A DNA stretch of 64,000 nt from Ignavibacteria bacterium. GTDB taxonomy: Bacteria; Bacteroidota; Ignavibacteria; Kapaibacteriales; UBA961. The DNA lies in contig VGWD01000011.1 of assembly GCA_016873735.1 (NCBI GenBank), forward strand, positions 51 to 64,050, in the 5' to 3' direction. Of the stretch, positions 17,049 through 27,755 are shown piece by piece. The notes under the pieces are model-generated. The model was not told the DNA's origin. It made no database searches and saw only the letters and a program-made list of their open reading frames with translations. A program made the translations under genes and the position numbers. Position 1 is the first letter of the stretch. Every line of letters starts with the position of its first letter.

Positions 17049-19426
17049 TACATCTCCACGACCGTGACGCCTTCTCCGCCTTCAGGGATGGTGCCATTTC
17101 TGAATGAGCGGACAGCGGGATGTGATGACAATTGCTCATGAATGGCTTTCCGCAATGCTCCCGTGCCTTTTCCATGAATGATGGTCACCAATGTTATATT
17201 GGAAAGAATGGCATCTGAGAGTAATCGCTCAACATCTTTGCATGCTTCATCAGCACGATATCCACGAAGATCTATGCTTGTTTTTACATCGAGCTTTAGC
17301 ACTGTAGACATGGATTTCTGCGAATACTCAGCTTTACGTTTATCGGCGCGATTTGCTTTTTTGAGTTGTGACAATTGCGTTTTGAACTTGATGCCATTAA
17401 ACTCCACGACAGCCGAACCCGCTTCTTGATCCATCGTGATGATAATACCAACATCACGAATATTATCTCCAATGATAACCGAATCACCCATGGAAAATCC
17501 ATCGGATTGATTTCGATCAGTTTTTTCTGCATGATGCAATTTCTTGGTGAGTTCCTGTTTTACTGCATCATACTGTTTGCGTATATCACCCACATCTTTT
17601 TGCTGCTCACGAATTTCCTTGATGGTTTGCTCAATCAAACCATTTGCCTGAGCAAGAACTTCCTTTGCTTCATTTCTGGCGGATTGCAAATATTCTGCTT
17701 TCTTCTTCTTGATGTCCGATGCTTTGAGTTCATATTCTTCACGTAAAGCCTGTGCTTTGGAAAATTCCATTCTTGCGGCTTTCAATGATTCTTCTGCCTG
17801 CACTCTGAACGCCTGCAATGAAGCAATGCTTTGTTCTAGCTCCGAATGCTTATCACCGAGATATTCACGAGCTTTATCCATCACACCACTAGACATGCCG
17901 ATGGAGTTCGCAAGAGCAAATGCATAACTGTTGCCGGGAATGCCGGATAGAAATGTATAGGTGGGCACAAGATGCACGGGATCAAATTCCATTGAAGCAT
18001 TGAGCAATTCTTTATGATTGAGCGCATAACTTTTGAGGGAAGATTGATGAGTAGTGACGATGAACATTGCTTTATGCTCTATGCAATGATCGAGTATGGC
18101 AGAGGCCAATGCGCTTCCCTCCTGCGGATCAGTACCTGAGCAAATTTCATCTATCAAGATAAGAGATGCATCGTCAGCGTGATCGACGATGTCTTTGAGT
18201 CTCATCACTTGGGATGAAAATGTACTCAAATTATGTTCGATGGATTGATGATCGCCAATTGCACAAAAAAGAGATTTCGGACTTGTAAGACATTCCCCAA
18301 GTGGAAAAATTCCCGACAAAGCCATGGCGATATTGAGTCCGATGCTTTTCAGTGCAACTGTCTTCCCGCCAGCATTCGGTCCGGAAATGAGATGTCCCAA
18401 AATGCCGGATCCAAATTCAATTGAAAGCGGAATTGGTTTTTTCCCTTGTCTTGCAAAGAGCAAAGGGTGATAGACATGTCGTAACTCTATTTCCGAATCT
18501 TTGGTAATCACCGGCTTCATGCCATTCATGTCGAGTGCATATCGCGCCTTTGCAAATAGAGCATCAAAATGAGCAAGTACATCAGTCGAACCTAATATCA
18601 AAGCAGCTTCCGATGCAATCTCGGCAGTCAGCATCGTGAGTATGCGAATCATTTCCCTGCGTTCTTCACCAAGAAGCAAGGACAATTGATTATTCATTTC
18701 AACGATTTCTGATGGCTCTACAAATACGGTTGCTCCGGTATTAGAAACACCATGTATGATCCCCGGCATGGTTCGTTTTTCTGATGCACGCATCGGTAAT
18801 ACGAATCGACCTTCCCTTTGAGTGATGAATTCATCTGTTACCAAATCTTCAGCTGATACCTTTGAGAGGAGTTTATTGAGTCTTGAACGAAGCCGAGATG
18901 ATGTTTCAACGATCTCTCTTCTGATATGCGAAAGTTCTTTGCTTGCAGTATCTCGAATAGCCCCCGTATCATCGATTGCATCTGTGATATGTTTTTCCAG
19001 AAAACGATTTTCATAAAACCCTTCACCGAATGTTGCCAATACCGGTGAAGTTTCAGCTTTATTCTTAAAATACGAAGCAAGAAATCTGCAAGCCCTCATG
19101 GCCTCACATATATCCAATAATTCCGAAGCATTTAAAAACCCTCCGGCAATCATTGATTTTTGAACGGCATTACGAATATCAGATATGCCCTCTGTTGGCA
19201 ATATTTCTCCCCTTACCAACAAATCTCGTAATTCACCAATGCGATCATGCTCAAGCATAAGCCATGCAATGTCTTTGGATGGACGTGCATTCAAAATGAG
19301 TTCTTTGCCTAAGTCAGACAAAGCGGATTGCGCTATCAATTGTAGGACAATCGGGAATTCTAGCTCGCGCAAAGAATCCTCCATCAATCGATGTTTGGCT
19401 TGGGATGTGGGCAAAGAATCACTCAT
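17048..19426 (-). CDS. mutS2: Endonuclease MutS2 (ribosome collision/anti-recombination factor, C-terminal Smr)
   Basis: GPNAGGKT, DEICSGTDP.EG, coiled coil, KOW, Smr IDLRG...IIHGKGTG. Start moved to ATG 19426. Confidence 0.97.
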   Translation of the reverse strand: MSDSLPTSQAKHRLMEDSLRELEFPIVLQLIAQSALSDLGKELILNARPSKDIAWLMLEHDRIGELRDLLVRGEILPTEGISDIRNAVQKSMIAGGFLNASELLDICEAMRACRFLASYFKNKAETSPVLATFGEGFYENRFLEKHITDAIDDTGAIRDTASKELSHIRREIVETSSRLRSRLNKLLSKVSAEDLVTDEFITQREGRFVLPMRASEKRTMPGIIHGVSNTGATVFVEPSEIVEMNNQLSLLLGEERREMIRILTMLTAEIASEAALILGSTDVLAHFDALFAKARYALDMNGMKPVITKDSEIELRHVYHPLLFARQGKKPIPLSIEFGSGILGHLISGPNAGGKTVALKSIGLNIAMALSGIFPLGECLTSPKSLFCAIGDHQSIEHNLSTFSSQVMRLKDIVDHADDASLILIDEICSGTDPQEGSALASAILDHCIEHKAMFIVTTHQSSLKSYALNHKELLNASMEFDPVHLVPTYTFLSGIPGNSYAFALANSIGMSSGVMDKAREYLGDKHSELEQSIASLQAFRVQAEESLKAARMEFSKAQALREEYELKASDIKKKKAEYLQSARNEAKEVLAQANGLIEQTIKEIREQQKDVGDIRKQYDAVKQELTKKLHHAEKTDRNQSDGFSMGDSVIIGDNIRDVGIIITMDQEAGSAVVEFNGIKFKTQLSQLKKANRADKRKAEYSQKSMSTVLKLDVKTSIDLRGYRADEACKDVERLLSDAILSNITLVTIIHGKGTGALRKAIHEQLSSHPAVRSFRNGTIPEGGEGVTVVEM

Positions 19427-19460
19427 TGAATAGGAATTGAGATGAGACCGAAAAAAACAG

Positions 19461-19481
19461 CGTATTTTTGTCAAAATTACG
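19461..19481. promoter_or_regulatory. Near-palindrome formed by two opposed TAnnTTTG elements (mutS2/uvrA divergent region)
   Basis: CGTATTTTTG-T-CAAAATTACG, 10-bp arms with 1 mismatch. Confidence 0.5.
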
Positions 19482-19569
19482 GATTTGACCGCATTCGAAG
19501 GTCACAGGAACCACACCATAACATGCTTTGTTGGCATAACATTCCATAATCCCTGAAATATACCCCGAC

Positions 19570-22518
19570 ATGAGTCGTAACAAAACAATAAAATCGGAAC
19601 ACATTGTAAAATCCGATATACCTGAAGAACTCACTCATATTGCAATTCGAGGTGCGAGAGAGCATAATCTACGTAATATGTCATGTGATATTCCACGTGA
19701 TGAATTGGTGGTAATCACGGGCATTTCGGGTTCGGGAAAATCTTCACTTGCATTCGACACTATCTATGCTGAAGGACAAAGACGATATGTTGAATGTCTT
19801 TCTGCTTATGCAAGGCAATTCCTTGGCATGATGAAAAAGCCGGATATCGACAGCATTGAAGGATTGTCTCCTGCAATTTCAATTGAACAAAAATCCATAG
19901 GCAATAGCCCGCGATCGACAGTTGGAACAGTAACTGAAGTCTATGATTATCTGCGTTTGCTCTTTGCAAAAATCGGTATTCAACATTGTGTGGATTGTGA
20001 TATTCCAGTTCATAAGCAAACCACTGAACAATTGGTGAACATGCTGCTGACAAAACCAGCGGACATGCGAATCATGATTCTTGCACCGGTCGTTAAAGGC
20101 AGAAAAGGACATTATAAAGAACTCTTTGAGCAATTCAGGAAGCAAGGATATACTCGTGTTCGCATTGATGGTGAAATCACTGAGATTACAGAAGGAATGC
20201 AAGTCTCCAGATATCAGACTCATTCCATTGAACTCATGATCGATCGCCTGATGATCAATGCTGATGCTGAATCCAGACTGACCGAATCTCTTGAAATCGC
20301 GCTCAAATTAGGTGAGTCTGTCGTGATGATTCTCTCTGAAGAAAAATCAGGACAATGGAAAGAATCATTGTATTCAACCCTCAATACATGTCCTCAATGC
20401 GGAGCAGGCTATGATACGCTCGCCCCGAATGCATTTTCCTTCAACTCACCATTCGGCGCATGCGAAGATTGCGAAGGTTTGGGGATTGTTAGTGATTTCT
20501 CGGAAGATCTTCTCATACCCAATCCGAAACTTTCACTTGCCGAAGGTGCGATTGGACCACTGGGGAAAAAACGTAAAACGCAATTGTGGGATCAAATCAT
20601 TCAACTATCGAAGCAATTACGATTTGACCTTACAATACCATATGAGGAATTACCCGAAAACATTCGCACGATACTCATGCATGGAAGTCGTGACACCGTA
20701 AAGATTCAAGTACCTGGAACACGATCCATGTTCACTGCGCAAGTTAGATTTTCGGGCATTATTCCACATTATCGTGAAATGTATCATCAAACTTCTTCTT
20801 CGGACATCAAACAAAAATTGGAACAGGTGATGAGCGATGTGGAATGTGATACATGTTCCGGTGGAAGACTCAAGAATACTTCGCTTGCAGTGAAAATTGA
20901 TGGAAAAACTATTTCATATATCACAAAACTTGACATCACGCAAGGGATTGCCTATATGCAATCCTTAACAAAACGTTTATCCAAAAGAGAATTGATGATT
21001 GCTTCAGTGATTCTGAAGGAAATCATATCACGAATGGAATTTTTATTGAATGTCGGCTTGGATTATCTTTCGCTGGACAGATCTGCAAGAACATTGTCCG
21101 GAGGTGAATCTCAAAGGATTCGGCTTGCCTCTCAAATCGGATCACAATTGGTTGGCGTAACCTATGTGCTCGATGAACCCAGCATCGGTCTTCATCAACA
21201 TGATAATGGAAAATTGATTCAATCACTCAAGCAATTACGTGACTTAGGCAATACGGTGCTAATCGTTGAGCATGATCGAGAAATGATCGAACAGGCAGAT
21301 CATTTGATTGATATTGGGCCCGGTGCCGGTGTGCATGGAGGTACGATTGTCTATGAAGGTTCACCTGATGACATAAATGTATATACCAAAAAGAACACAC
21401 TGAAATTTCCCGATTCTACTACTGCACGCTATCTCTCCGGAGAGGATGACATTGAATTACCGGATGAAAGAAGAAAAGGTAATGGGCATACTCTTACATT
21501 GAAGGAAGCTACAGGACATAATCTGAAAGGCATTGATGTTTCTATTCCTCTTGGAACATGGACTTGCATTACCGGAATGAGTGGAAGTGGTAAGTCCACA
21601 CTCATGAATGACACATTATATCCAATACTCTCCCGACATTTTCATCATGCATTGATTTCTCCTCTTCCCTATGGATCCATCGAGGGTTTGGAGCATATCG
21701 ACAAAGTTATAGAAATCGATCAAGCTCCAATTGGGAGAACTCCAAGAAGCAATCCCGTAACATATACAGGCGTGTTCACGCAAATTCGTGATTTCTTCAC
21801 GCAACTTCCTGAGTCAAAAGTTCGCGGTTATAAGCAAGGTCGATTTTCATTCAATGTTCCCGGTGGTCGCTGTGAAGAATGCGAAGGAGCGGGAATGAAG
21901 AAAATCGAAATGAATTATCTGCCGGATGTCTATGTGAATTGCGATATGTGTGGCGGAAAGCGATATAACAATGAAACATTGCAGGTGAAGTACAAAGGAA
22001 AAACGATCGCAGATGTTCTTTCAATGACAATTGAAGAATCACTCGACTTTTTCAGTGAGCTATCTTCCATCAAGCGAAAACTGCAAACATTGCATGATGT
22101 GGGATTGGGATATATCACACTTGGTCAACAAGCACCTACATTATCCGGTGGCGAAGCTCAGCGCGTAAAACTCGCCACGGAACTTGCCAAAATATCAACC
22201 GGCAAAACACTCTATCTTTTGGATGAACCAACGACCGGTTTGCATTTTCAAGATATCACACATCTTGTTCGCATCATCAATAAATTGGTTGCGAAAGGCA
22301 ATACTGTGATTGTGATCGAACATAATCTCGATATGGTTAAATGTGCCGATTGGGTGATTGATCTTGGACCATATGGCGGATCGGGTGGAGGAGAAATCGT
22401 GGCGGAAGGAACACCTGAGACTATCGCCAAACACAAAAAGAGCATCACCGGAACATATCTCAAAAAAGAACTTGAACGCAGCAAGCTCATTCAACAAAAA
22501 AGGATATCTCAACACTGA
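19570..22518 (+). CDS. uvrA: Excinuclease ABC subunit A
   Basis: Two ABC ATPase domains (GISGSGKSS, GMSGSGKST), LSGGE signatures, zinc-finger Cys pairs. Confidence 0.99.
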   Translation: MSRNKTIKSEHIVKSDIPEELTHIAIRGAREHNLRNMSCDIPRDELVVITGISGSGKSSLAFDTIYAEGQRRYVECLSAYARQFLGMMKKPDIDSIEGLSPAISIEQKSIGNSPRSTVGTVTEVYDYLRLLFAKIGIQHCVDCDIPVHKQTTEQLVNMLLTKPADMRIMILAPVVKGRKGHYKELFEQFRKQGYTRVRIDGEITEITEGMQVSRYQTHSIELMIDRLMINADAESRLTESLEIALKLGESVVMILSEEKSGQWKESLYSTLNTCPQCGAGYDTLAPNAFSFNSPFGACEDCEGLGIVSDFSEDLLIPNPKLSLAEGAIGPLGKKRKTQLWDQIIQLSKQLRFDLTIPYEELPENIRTILMHGSRDTVKIQVPGTRSMFTAQVRFSGIIPHYREMYHQTSSSDIKQKLEQVMSDVECDTCSGGRLKNTSLAVKIDGKTISYITKLDITQGIAYMQSLTKRLSKRELMIASVILKEIISRMEFLLNVGLDYLSLDRSARTLSGGESQRIRLASQIGSQLVGVTYVLDEPSIGLHQHDNGKLIQSLKQLRDLGNTVLIVEHDREMIEQADHLIDIGPGAGVHGGTIVYEGSPDDINVYTKKNTLKFPDSTTARYLSGEDDIELPDERRKGNGHTLTLKEATGHNLKGIDVSIPLGTWTCITGMSGSGKSTLMNDTLYPILSRHFHHALISPLPYGSIEGLEHIDKVIEIDQAPIGRTPRSNPVTYTGVFTQIRDFFTQLPESKVRGYKQGRFSFNVPGGRCEECEGAGMKKIEMNYLPDVYVNCDMCGGKRYNNETLQVKYKGKTIADVLSMTIEESLDFFSELSSIKRKLQTLHDVGLGYITLGQQAPTLSGGEAQRVKLATELAKISTGKTLYLLDEPTTGLHFQDITHLVRIINKLVAKGNTVIVIEHNLDMVKCADWVIDLGPYGGSGGGEIVAEGTPETIAKHKKSITGTYLKKELERSKLIQQKRISQH

Positions 22519-22528
22519 GATATCCTTT
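22499..22528. terminator. Bidirectional hairpin/terminator between convergent uvrA and gyrB
   Basis: AAAGGATATCTC-AACACT-GAGATATCCTTT perfect 12-bp stem overlapping the uvrA stop. Confidence 0.8.
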
Positions 22529-22549
22529 CATAAGCAATGCATGATTCAA

Positions 22550-24538
22550 TCACACATCAAGATTCTTCACATACTGCGCATTCTTTTCGATGAATTCTCT
22601 TCTGGGCTCCACTTTATCACCCATCAATGTATCGAATACCAACGCTGCCTCCGCAGCATTTTCAATGCTGACTTGAAGGAGTGTGCGTGTGTCTGGATTC
22701 ATGGTTGTTGACCACAATTGATCAGGATTCATCTCTCCAAGACCCTTGAATCGTTGAATATTTATACCATCGGCAGTGGTACTTTCAACTGTTTCGGGAT
22801 TCACATCATCAGAGCCGGTTTTGTCTTTTCTGATGCGCTTGATGATTTCATCACGCTCTTGATCATTATATGCATAATATTCCTGCTTGCCTTTCTTCAC
22901 TTTATAGAGTGGCGGCTGAGCGATGAACAATCGACCTGAATTGATGAGATCGCGCATATTGAGGAAAAAGAATGTCAAAAGCAATGTCCGAATATGAGAA
23001 CCATCCACATCGGCATCGGCCATGAGAATAATTTTACCATAACGACTTTTTTCTGCATCAAAATCTTCTCCAAATCCCGCGCCAAGAGCAGCGATGATTG
23101 TTCTGATTTCTTCATTGTCCAAAATCTTGTTGATGCGCGCGCGATGCGTATTCAGAATCTTGCCACGAAGCGGCAGAATTGCTTGGAAGCGACGATCTCT
23201 TCCCTGCTTTGCCGAACCACCCGCTGAATCACCCTCGACGAGATAGATTTCAGTATCCTCTGCGGTTCGAAGTGAACAATCCGCAAGTTTGCCTGGGAGA
23301 GCTGAACTCTCGAGCGCATTTTGTCTGCGGACAAGTTCGCGCGATTTCTTTGCCGCCATTCTGGCTTCAGCGGCAAGCGTTGCTTTTTCTATGATTTTCT
23401 TGGCAAGCTTTGGATTTGCATCAAGAAACACTGAAAGACTTTCATTCACTACTTGGCGAACAATCCCTTCAACATCACCATTACCCAATTTGGTTTTTGT
23501 CTGACCTTCAAATTGAGGCTCTGCAACTTTCACGCTGATGATTGCCGTCAAACCTTCGCGAAAATCTTCACCGGTAAGTGCGGCTTTTGTGAGATTATTT
23601 GATGTAGCATAGGAATTGATAGTACGCGTCAGAGCGGAACGGAATCCGGAAACATGGGTTCCGCCCTCAATAGTATTGATATTATTGACATAAGAAAGCA
23701 ATGTTTCGCTATAAGAATCATTGTATTCAAAACATACATCAACGATGGTATCTGCTCCAACATCGCTCTTACCGGAACCGGAAATGGAAACGGTTTCTGT
23801 CAATGCGGTCAGATGAGAATCGACATGGCGAACAAATTCTGAAAGTCCACCCGGATAATGATATTCTTCTGTTGTTGCATTTGCTTCATCAACCAATACC
23901 AAACTCACTTCGGGATTCAAGAATGCCAATTCACGTAAACGCTCAGCAACACGTGAAGCACGGAACTCCACGGTTTTGAAGATGGTATCATCAGGATAAA
24001 AACGTATCATCGTTCCGGTTTCTTTCGCTTTGCCGATTTCCTCGACGCCACTCACCGGATTTCCTCTGGAATATTCCTGCCTAAAGATTTTTCCTTCTCT
24101 CTTCACTGTGGCTTCAAGTTTTGTCGACAATGCATTGACGCAGGATACACCAACGCCATGCAAACCTCCTGAAACCTTATAGCTTCCCTTATCAAACTTT
24201 CCGCCTGCATGCAAAGTACAAAGCACAACTTCAAGTGTTGAAATTTTCTTGACAGGATGAGGTCCGGTAGGAATACCACGTCCATCATCTTGGACGGAGC
24301 AAGATCCATCACTATGAAGAGTTACGATGATCTTCTTGCAAAATCCTGCAAGTGCTTCATCAATTGAATTGTCTACCACTTCTTGAATCAAGTGATGCAA
24401 TCCACGATCGCTGATATCCCCGATATACATCGCCGGCCTCATTCGAACAGCTTCGAGCCCCTCGAGTACCTTGATGCTATCTTCAGAGTATTGTTTTCCT
24501 TTGCTTTTGAGATTCTGTTCGTCTTGTGATTCTGCCAT
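22550..24538 (-). CDS. gyrB: DNA gyrase subunit B
   Basis: LEAVRMRPAMYIG, SGGLHGVG, EGDSAGG, PLRGK, MADADVDG, C-terminal PRREFIEKNA...NLDV. Start moved to ATG 24538. Confidence 0.97.
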   Translation of the reverse strand: MAESQDEQNLKSKGKQYSEDSIKVLEGLEAVRMRPAMYIGDISDRGLHHLIQEVVDNSIDEALAGFCKKIIVTLHSDGSCSVQDDGRGIPTGPHPVKKISTLEVVLCTLHAGGKFDKGSYKVSGGLHGVGVSCVNALSTKLEATVKREGKIFRQEYSRGNPVSGVEEIGKAKETGTMIRFYPDDTIFKTVEFRASRVAERLRELAFLNPEVSLVLVDEANATTEEYHYPGGLSEFVRHVDSHLTALTETVSISGSGKSDVGADTIVDVCFEYNDSYSETLLSYVNNINTIEGGTHVSGFRSALTRTINSYATSNNLTKAALTGEDFREGLTAIISVKVAEPQFEGQTKTKLGNGDVEGIVRQVVNESLSVFLDANPKLAKKIIEKATLAAEARMAAKKSRELVRRQNALESSALPGKLADCSLRTAEDTEIYLVEGDSAGGSAKQGRDRRFQAILPLRGKILNTHRARINKILDNEEIRTIIAALGAGFGEDFDAEKSRYGKIILMADADVDGSHIRTLLLTFFFLNMRDLINSGRLFIAQPPLYKVKKGKQEYYAYNDQERDEIIKRIRKDKTGSDDVNPETVESTTADGINIQRFKGLGEMNPDQLWSTTMNPDTRTLLQVSIENAAEAALVFDTLMGDKVEPRREFIEKNAQYVKNLDV

Positions 24539-24663
24539 TGTACTTGGTAGTAGTTGTGAAGAAAATCGATCCCGCGCTGCAATGCGGTACGATAGAGTCA
24601 ATCATTGAAAATTGATATGTAAAAATACGCAATTTTCATGAATGTTTTTCACTGAAAATTGCC

Positions 24664-25566
24664 TTATGTGCCATGTGGCCCGACTTTCGGAAGTGCTTGT
24701 TTTTTAAGGACATACGTATTAATCCATGATCGTATCTCCAGATTGCTTTCATGACGTCTCCCTGCAAGAATGTGATCGGCATTTTCATACATGATCAGTT
24801 TATAGGGATGACGGGCTTTTTGAAGAGCAATTCCAAGTCTGTAGGAGTGCATGGGGTCCACTCTTTTATCACCTGTTCCATGTAATACAAGCAAGGGAGT
24901 CGTCTTGCAGAGTTCTTGACAAAAGTACTCAGATGAACGCTTTAACTCCTCATCCGATCGTTCCTTGCTTTCATTTTGAAACTGTGCGAATGTTTTATAG
25001 ATATATGAATCTTTTGGAATGGAATCAAATGTTGTGGGGGCACCGATCGTAACTGCCGCACGAAAATCGTGCATGGTTCGCAGCATCATGAGTGCCATCA
25101 TTCCACCTCTGCTACCACCAATCAATCCAATGCGATCATGATCCACATAGGGAAGAGATTTCAAAAGAGGCAGCAAAGCTGCCGCATCAAGAACATCATT
25201 ACCTCCCCATTCTTCTTTGCCTTCGCTTCCGCCACAACCTCTATAATTGCTTGCTGCCACAACATATCCCCAACTGGCATATGTTACTGCATACATGGAG
25301 GCGGACTCGGCGGTCAAAGCACCTTTCTCACCTGTACCACCACGATTAAAAATCAAAGCAGGATATGTTGTAGCATTCTGTTGAGCAGGTGGAATAGCAA
25401 GAAAACCCGCAATGCGTAAACCTTGATGATGATAGATGATGCGGAATAATTGCACGGAAGAAAATGACAAAAAGTCTTCCGCACTCAATGCTCTTTTTTG
25501 AATATTGAGAATGGACTTTGGAATTGGTTCAGGATGTATTTCAATCAATTGACCATCAATCATCAT
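24664..25566 (-). CDS. S9/prolyl oligopeptidase-family alpha/beta hydrolase
   Basis: NRGG, GGSRGG nucleophile elbow, HGTGD, ADH. ATGA overlap with the upstream SBP gene. Confidence 0.88.
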   Translation of the reverse strand: MMIDGQLIEIHPEPIPKSILNIQKRALSAEDFLSFSSVQLFRIIYHHQGLRIAGFLAIPPAQQNATTYPALIFNRGGTGEKGALTAESASMYAVTYASWGYVVAASNYRGCGGSEGKEEWGGNDVLDAAALLPLLKSLPYVDHDRIGLIGGSRGGMMALMMLRTMHDFRAAVTIGAPTTFDSIPKDSYIYKTFAQFQNESKERSDEELKRSSEYFCQELCKTTPLLVLHGTGDKRVDPMHSYRLGIALQKARHPYKLIMYENADHILAGRRHESNLEIRSWINTYVLKKQALPKVGPHGT

Positions 25567-27326
25567 TGCATCTTTGCAGGATTGAACCAAATGAATTTAT
25601 ACATGCGTTTATCCATCGCATTGGTTACATATCCTTCAACATAATCTTGAACTAGACGCCAATCTTCATCGTATTGAAGCACCATCATGGGAGCATCATT
25701 GATTGCGATTTGTTCGGCTTTGCGATATAATTCCATGCGCTTCAATCTATCTGTTTCAGAGAGTGCTTGTTCAAATATCACATCAAATGCAGGATTTTTA
25801 TATCTGGTATGATTGATCGGGCTTGGCTGATTTGCATTGCTAGGCACCAATTTACCATAAAGGAGATTCAGGAATGATTCGGGATCCGGATAATCGGCAA
25901 TCCAACCAAGTCTGAAAAACTCAACTTTGCCTGCATCCACTTCGTCAAGGTGACGTGCGAATTCCACTTGCTTCAATTTTACTTCTATGCCCAGATTCTT
26001 CTTTAATTGAGATTGTATTGCTTCTGCCAATTGAAGATTTCTACCTCCACCATTATTGAGCTGCAATGTGATTTCCAGACCTTTGCCTCCCGGATAACCC
26101 GCTTGAGCAAGAAGTGCGGGAGCTTGTTCAAGATCAAAGTCATACCCTTTGATTTGTGTTCCATTATAATCCGACATAGTTGGAGGAATAAGACCATGAA
26201 TGCCCGGTCCGGCGGATTGAGATTTGAGCACAAATTTTCTGATTTGAGATCTATCGATGCCCATATTCAGAGCTTTTCTGAGATTGATATTCCCGAATAC
26301 TTTTCCGGAATACAACATTCCATAATACTGTGTTGACAAAGCAGGGATATTCAACACTTTATAGTTTGCATAGGCAGGTTTTACTTTTTTGTTTTGATCA
26401 ACTACCTCTTCAAAGAATTCACTTGGAATCCGATAACTTTCTTCCAGATTTCCATTTTTACAGGCAACGAATTGATTCGTTATGTCCTTCATAAAACTGA
26501 ATGTTATGCCATCGAGATAAGGAAGCTGATTGCCATCTTTGTCTTTACCCCAATAGTGAGTATTTCTTGTGAGAACACATTCTCTTTCAGGAGACCAAGA
26601 AACAAATTTGAATGGACCTGTTCCAACAGGGTGCTGAAAGAAATCCCTTCCATACTTTTCAACGGCTTCTTTGGGATGAATGAGAGTAACACCAAGGGTT
26701 ACATAAAACTCAAATGGAGCGAATGGCTTTACGAGATCAATGCGAAATGTATAGTTGTCAACTGCAACGAAACCCGGAATGCCGGACACTTTGATTGGTG
26801 CATTGTTTGCTTGAGCTTCTATTGATGCATCATAATATTCTTTTGCACCGCGGACTTTTTCCTTGAAATACTCAGCACCGAGCGTTCTTGTTCTTGCATC
26901 ACAAATTCGAGTGAATGAATATACCACGTCTTGTGCTGTCAATTCTCTTCCCTTTCCATTTTTGAAACAAGGATCATCGTGAAATTTCACGCCTTTTCTC
27001 AAACGGTAAGTGTAGGACATGCCATCCGGAGAGACTTCCCAGGATTCAGCCAATTCCGGTTGAAGTCTTAGGTCACCATCATATGTCAACAGTGTCTCAT
27101 AGATTTGATCTGCTATGTGATGCGAAGTTGCATCATTTACTCCGACGGGATCGAGTGAGCGCAATTCAGCCATTTCATTTGCCCGGTATATTCCGCCTTT
27201 AAACTTGCCTCCTTTAGCTTCTTGCAAACCACCACCTGTTTGTTGTTCTCCGCCTCCGCAACCTATAAAGATGATAATCGAACACATGATGAATATGGAA
27301 CGAAGGAGTATCTGCTTGATATTCAT
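25563..27326 (-). CDS. ABC transporter peptide/nickel substrate-binding lipoprotein (OppA/DppA family 5)
   Basis: Lipobox IG-C, SLDP, PELAESWEVS.DG..Y...LR.GV.FHD, GTGPF, GWIADYPDP. Confidence 0.93.
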   Translation of the reverse strand: MNIKQILLRSIFIMCSIIIFIGCGGGEQQTGGGLQEAKGGKFKGGIYRANEMAELRSLDPVGVNDATSHHIADQIYETLLTYDGDLRLQPELAESWEVSPDGMSYTYRLRKGVKFHDDPCFKNGKGRELTAQDVVYSFTRICDARTRTLGAEYFKEKVRGAKEYYDASIEAQANNAPIKVSGIPGFVAVDNYTFRIDLVKPFAPFEFYVTLGVTLIHPKEAVEKYGRDFFQHPVGTGPFKFVSWSPERECVLTRNTHYWGKDKDGNQLPYLDGITFSFMKDITNQFVACKNGNLEESYRIPSEFFEEVVDQNKKVKPAYANYKVLNIPALSTQYYGMLYSGKVFGNINLRKALNMGIDRSQIRKFVLKSQSAGPGIHGLIPPTMSDYNGTQIKGYDFDLEQAPALLAQAGYPGGKGLEITLQLNNGGGRNLQLAEAIQSQLKKNLGIEVKLKQVEFARHLDEVDAGKVEFFRLGWIADYPDPESFLNLLYGKLVPSNANQPSPINHTRYKNPAFDVIFEQALSETDRLKRMELYRKAEQIAINDAPMMVLQYDEDWRLVQDYVEGYVTNAMDKRMYKFIWFNPAKMQ

Positions 27327-27407
27327 GACAAAACACCTGAATATTGAATCAAATCTGAATGACTATGCAAAATTACGGCTTGGGTCATGGATTCTGATGA
27401 ATGGTGG

Positions 27408-27444
27408 AAAAAAAACGACATATAACCTTGGGCCATATGTCGTT
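27408..27444 (-). terminator. Intrinsic terminator downstream of zinc-ribbon gene
   Basis: AACGACATAT/ATATGTCGTT 10-bp stem with an A-run on + (U-tract on -). Confidence 0.75.
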
Positions 27445-27465
27445 CATATTTCACGCAGAATTGTG

Positions 27466-27693
27466 TCAAGATTCGGAAGAATCACCTTTTTTCACATAAT
27501 CAGTCAAGTAAAACCCCGAACCATTGAATACTAGTCCGGAACCGCCACTGATTTTTCTACAGACTTCTCCCTTGGCTTTTTCATCCTGGTCACAATATTC
27601 TTCAGGACAAAGGCCCAATGGTTCGGATGAAATTGACTGCAATACTTCAAAGTTTTTTGCGCATTTACGGCATTGATATTCATAAATTGGCAT
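27466..27693 (-). CDS. FmdB-family zinc ribbon protein
   Basis: MPIYEYQCRKC...CP...FNGSGFYLTDY. Confidence 0.92.
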   Translation of the reverse strand: MPIYEYQCRKCAKNFEVLQSISSEPLGLCPEEYCDQDEKAKGEVCRKISGGSGLVFNGSGFYLTDYVKKGDSSES

Positions 27694-27755
27694 GATGAAC
27701 CTCTGGATAACAATAGAAACCGGGTGCTCAAACGAATTTTTACGATATATATTGA

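Noticed and set aside
22550..24538. parE rather than gyrB, or oriC beside gyrB
   Set aside because: The C-terminal PRREFIEKNA..NLDV is GyrB-like; no dnaA, dnaN, recF or DnaA-box cluster is adjacent.
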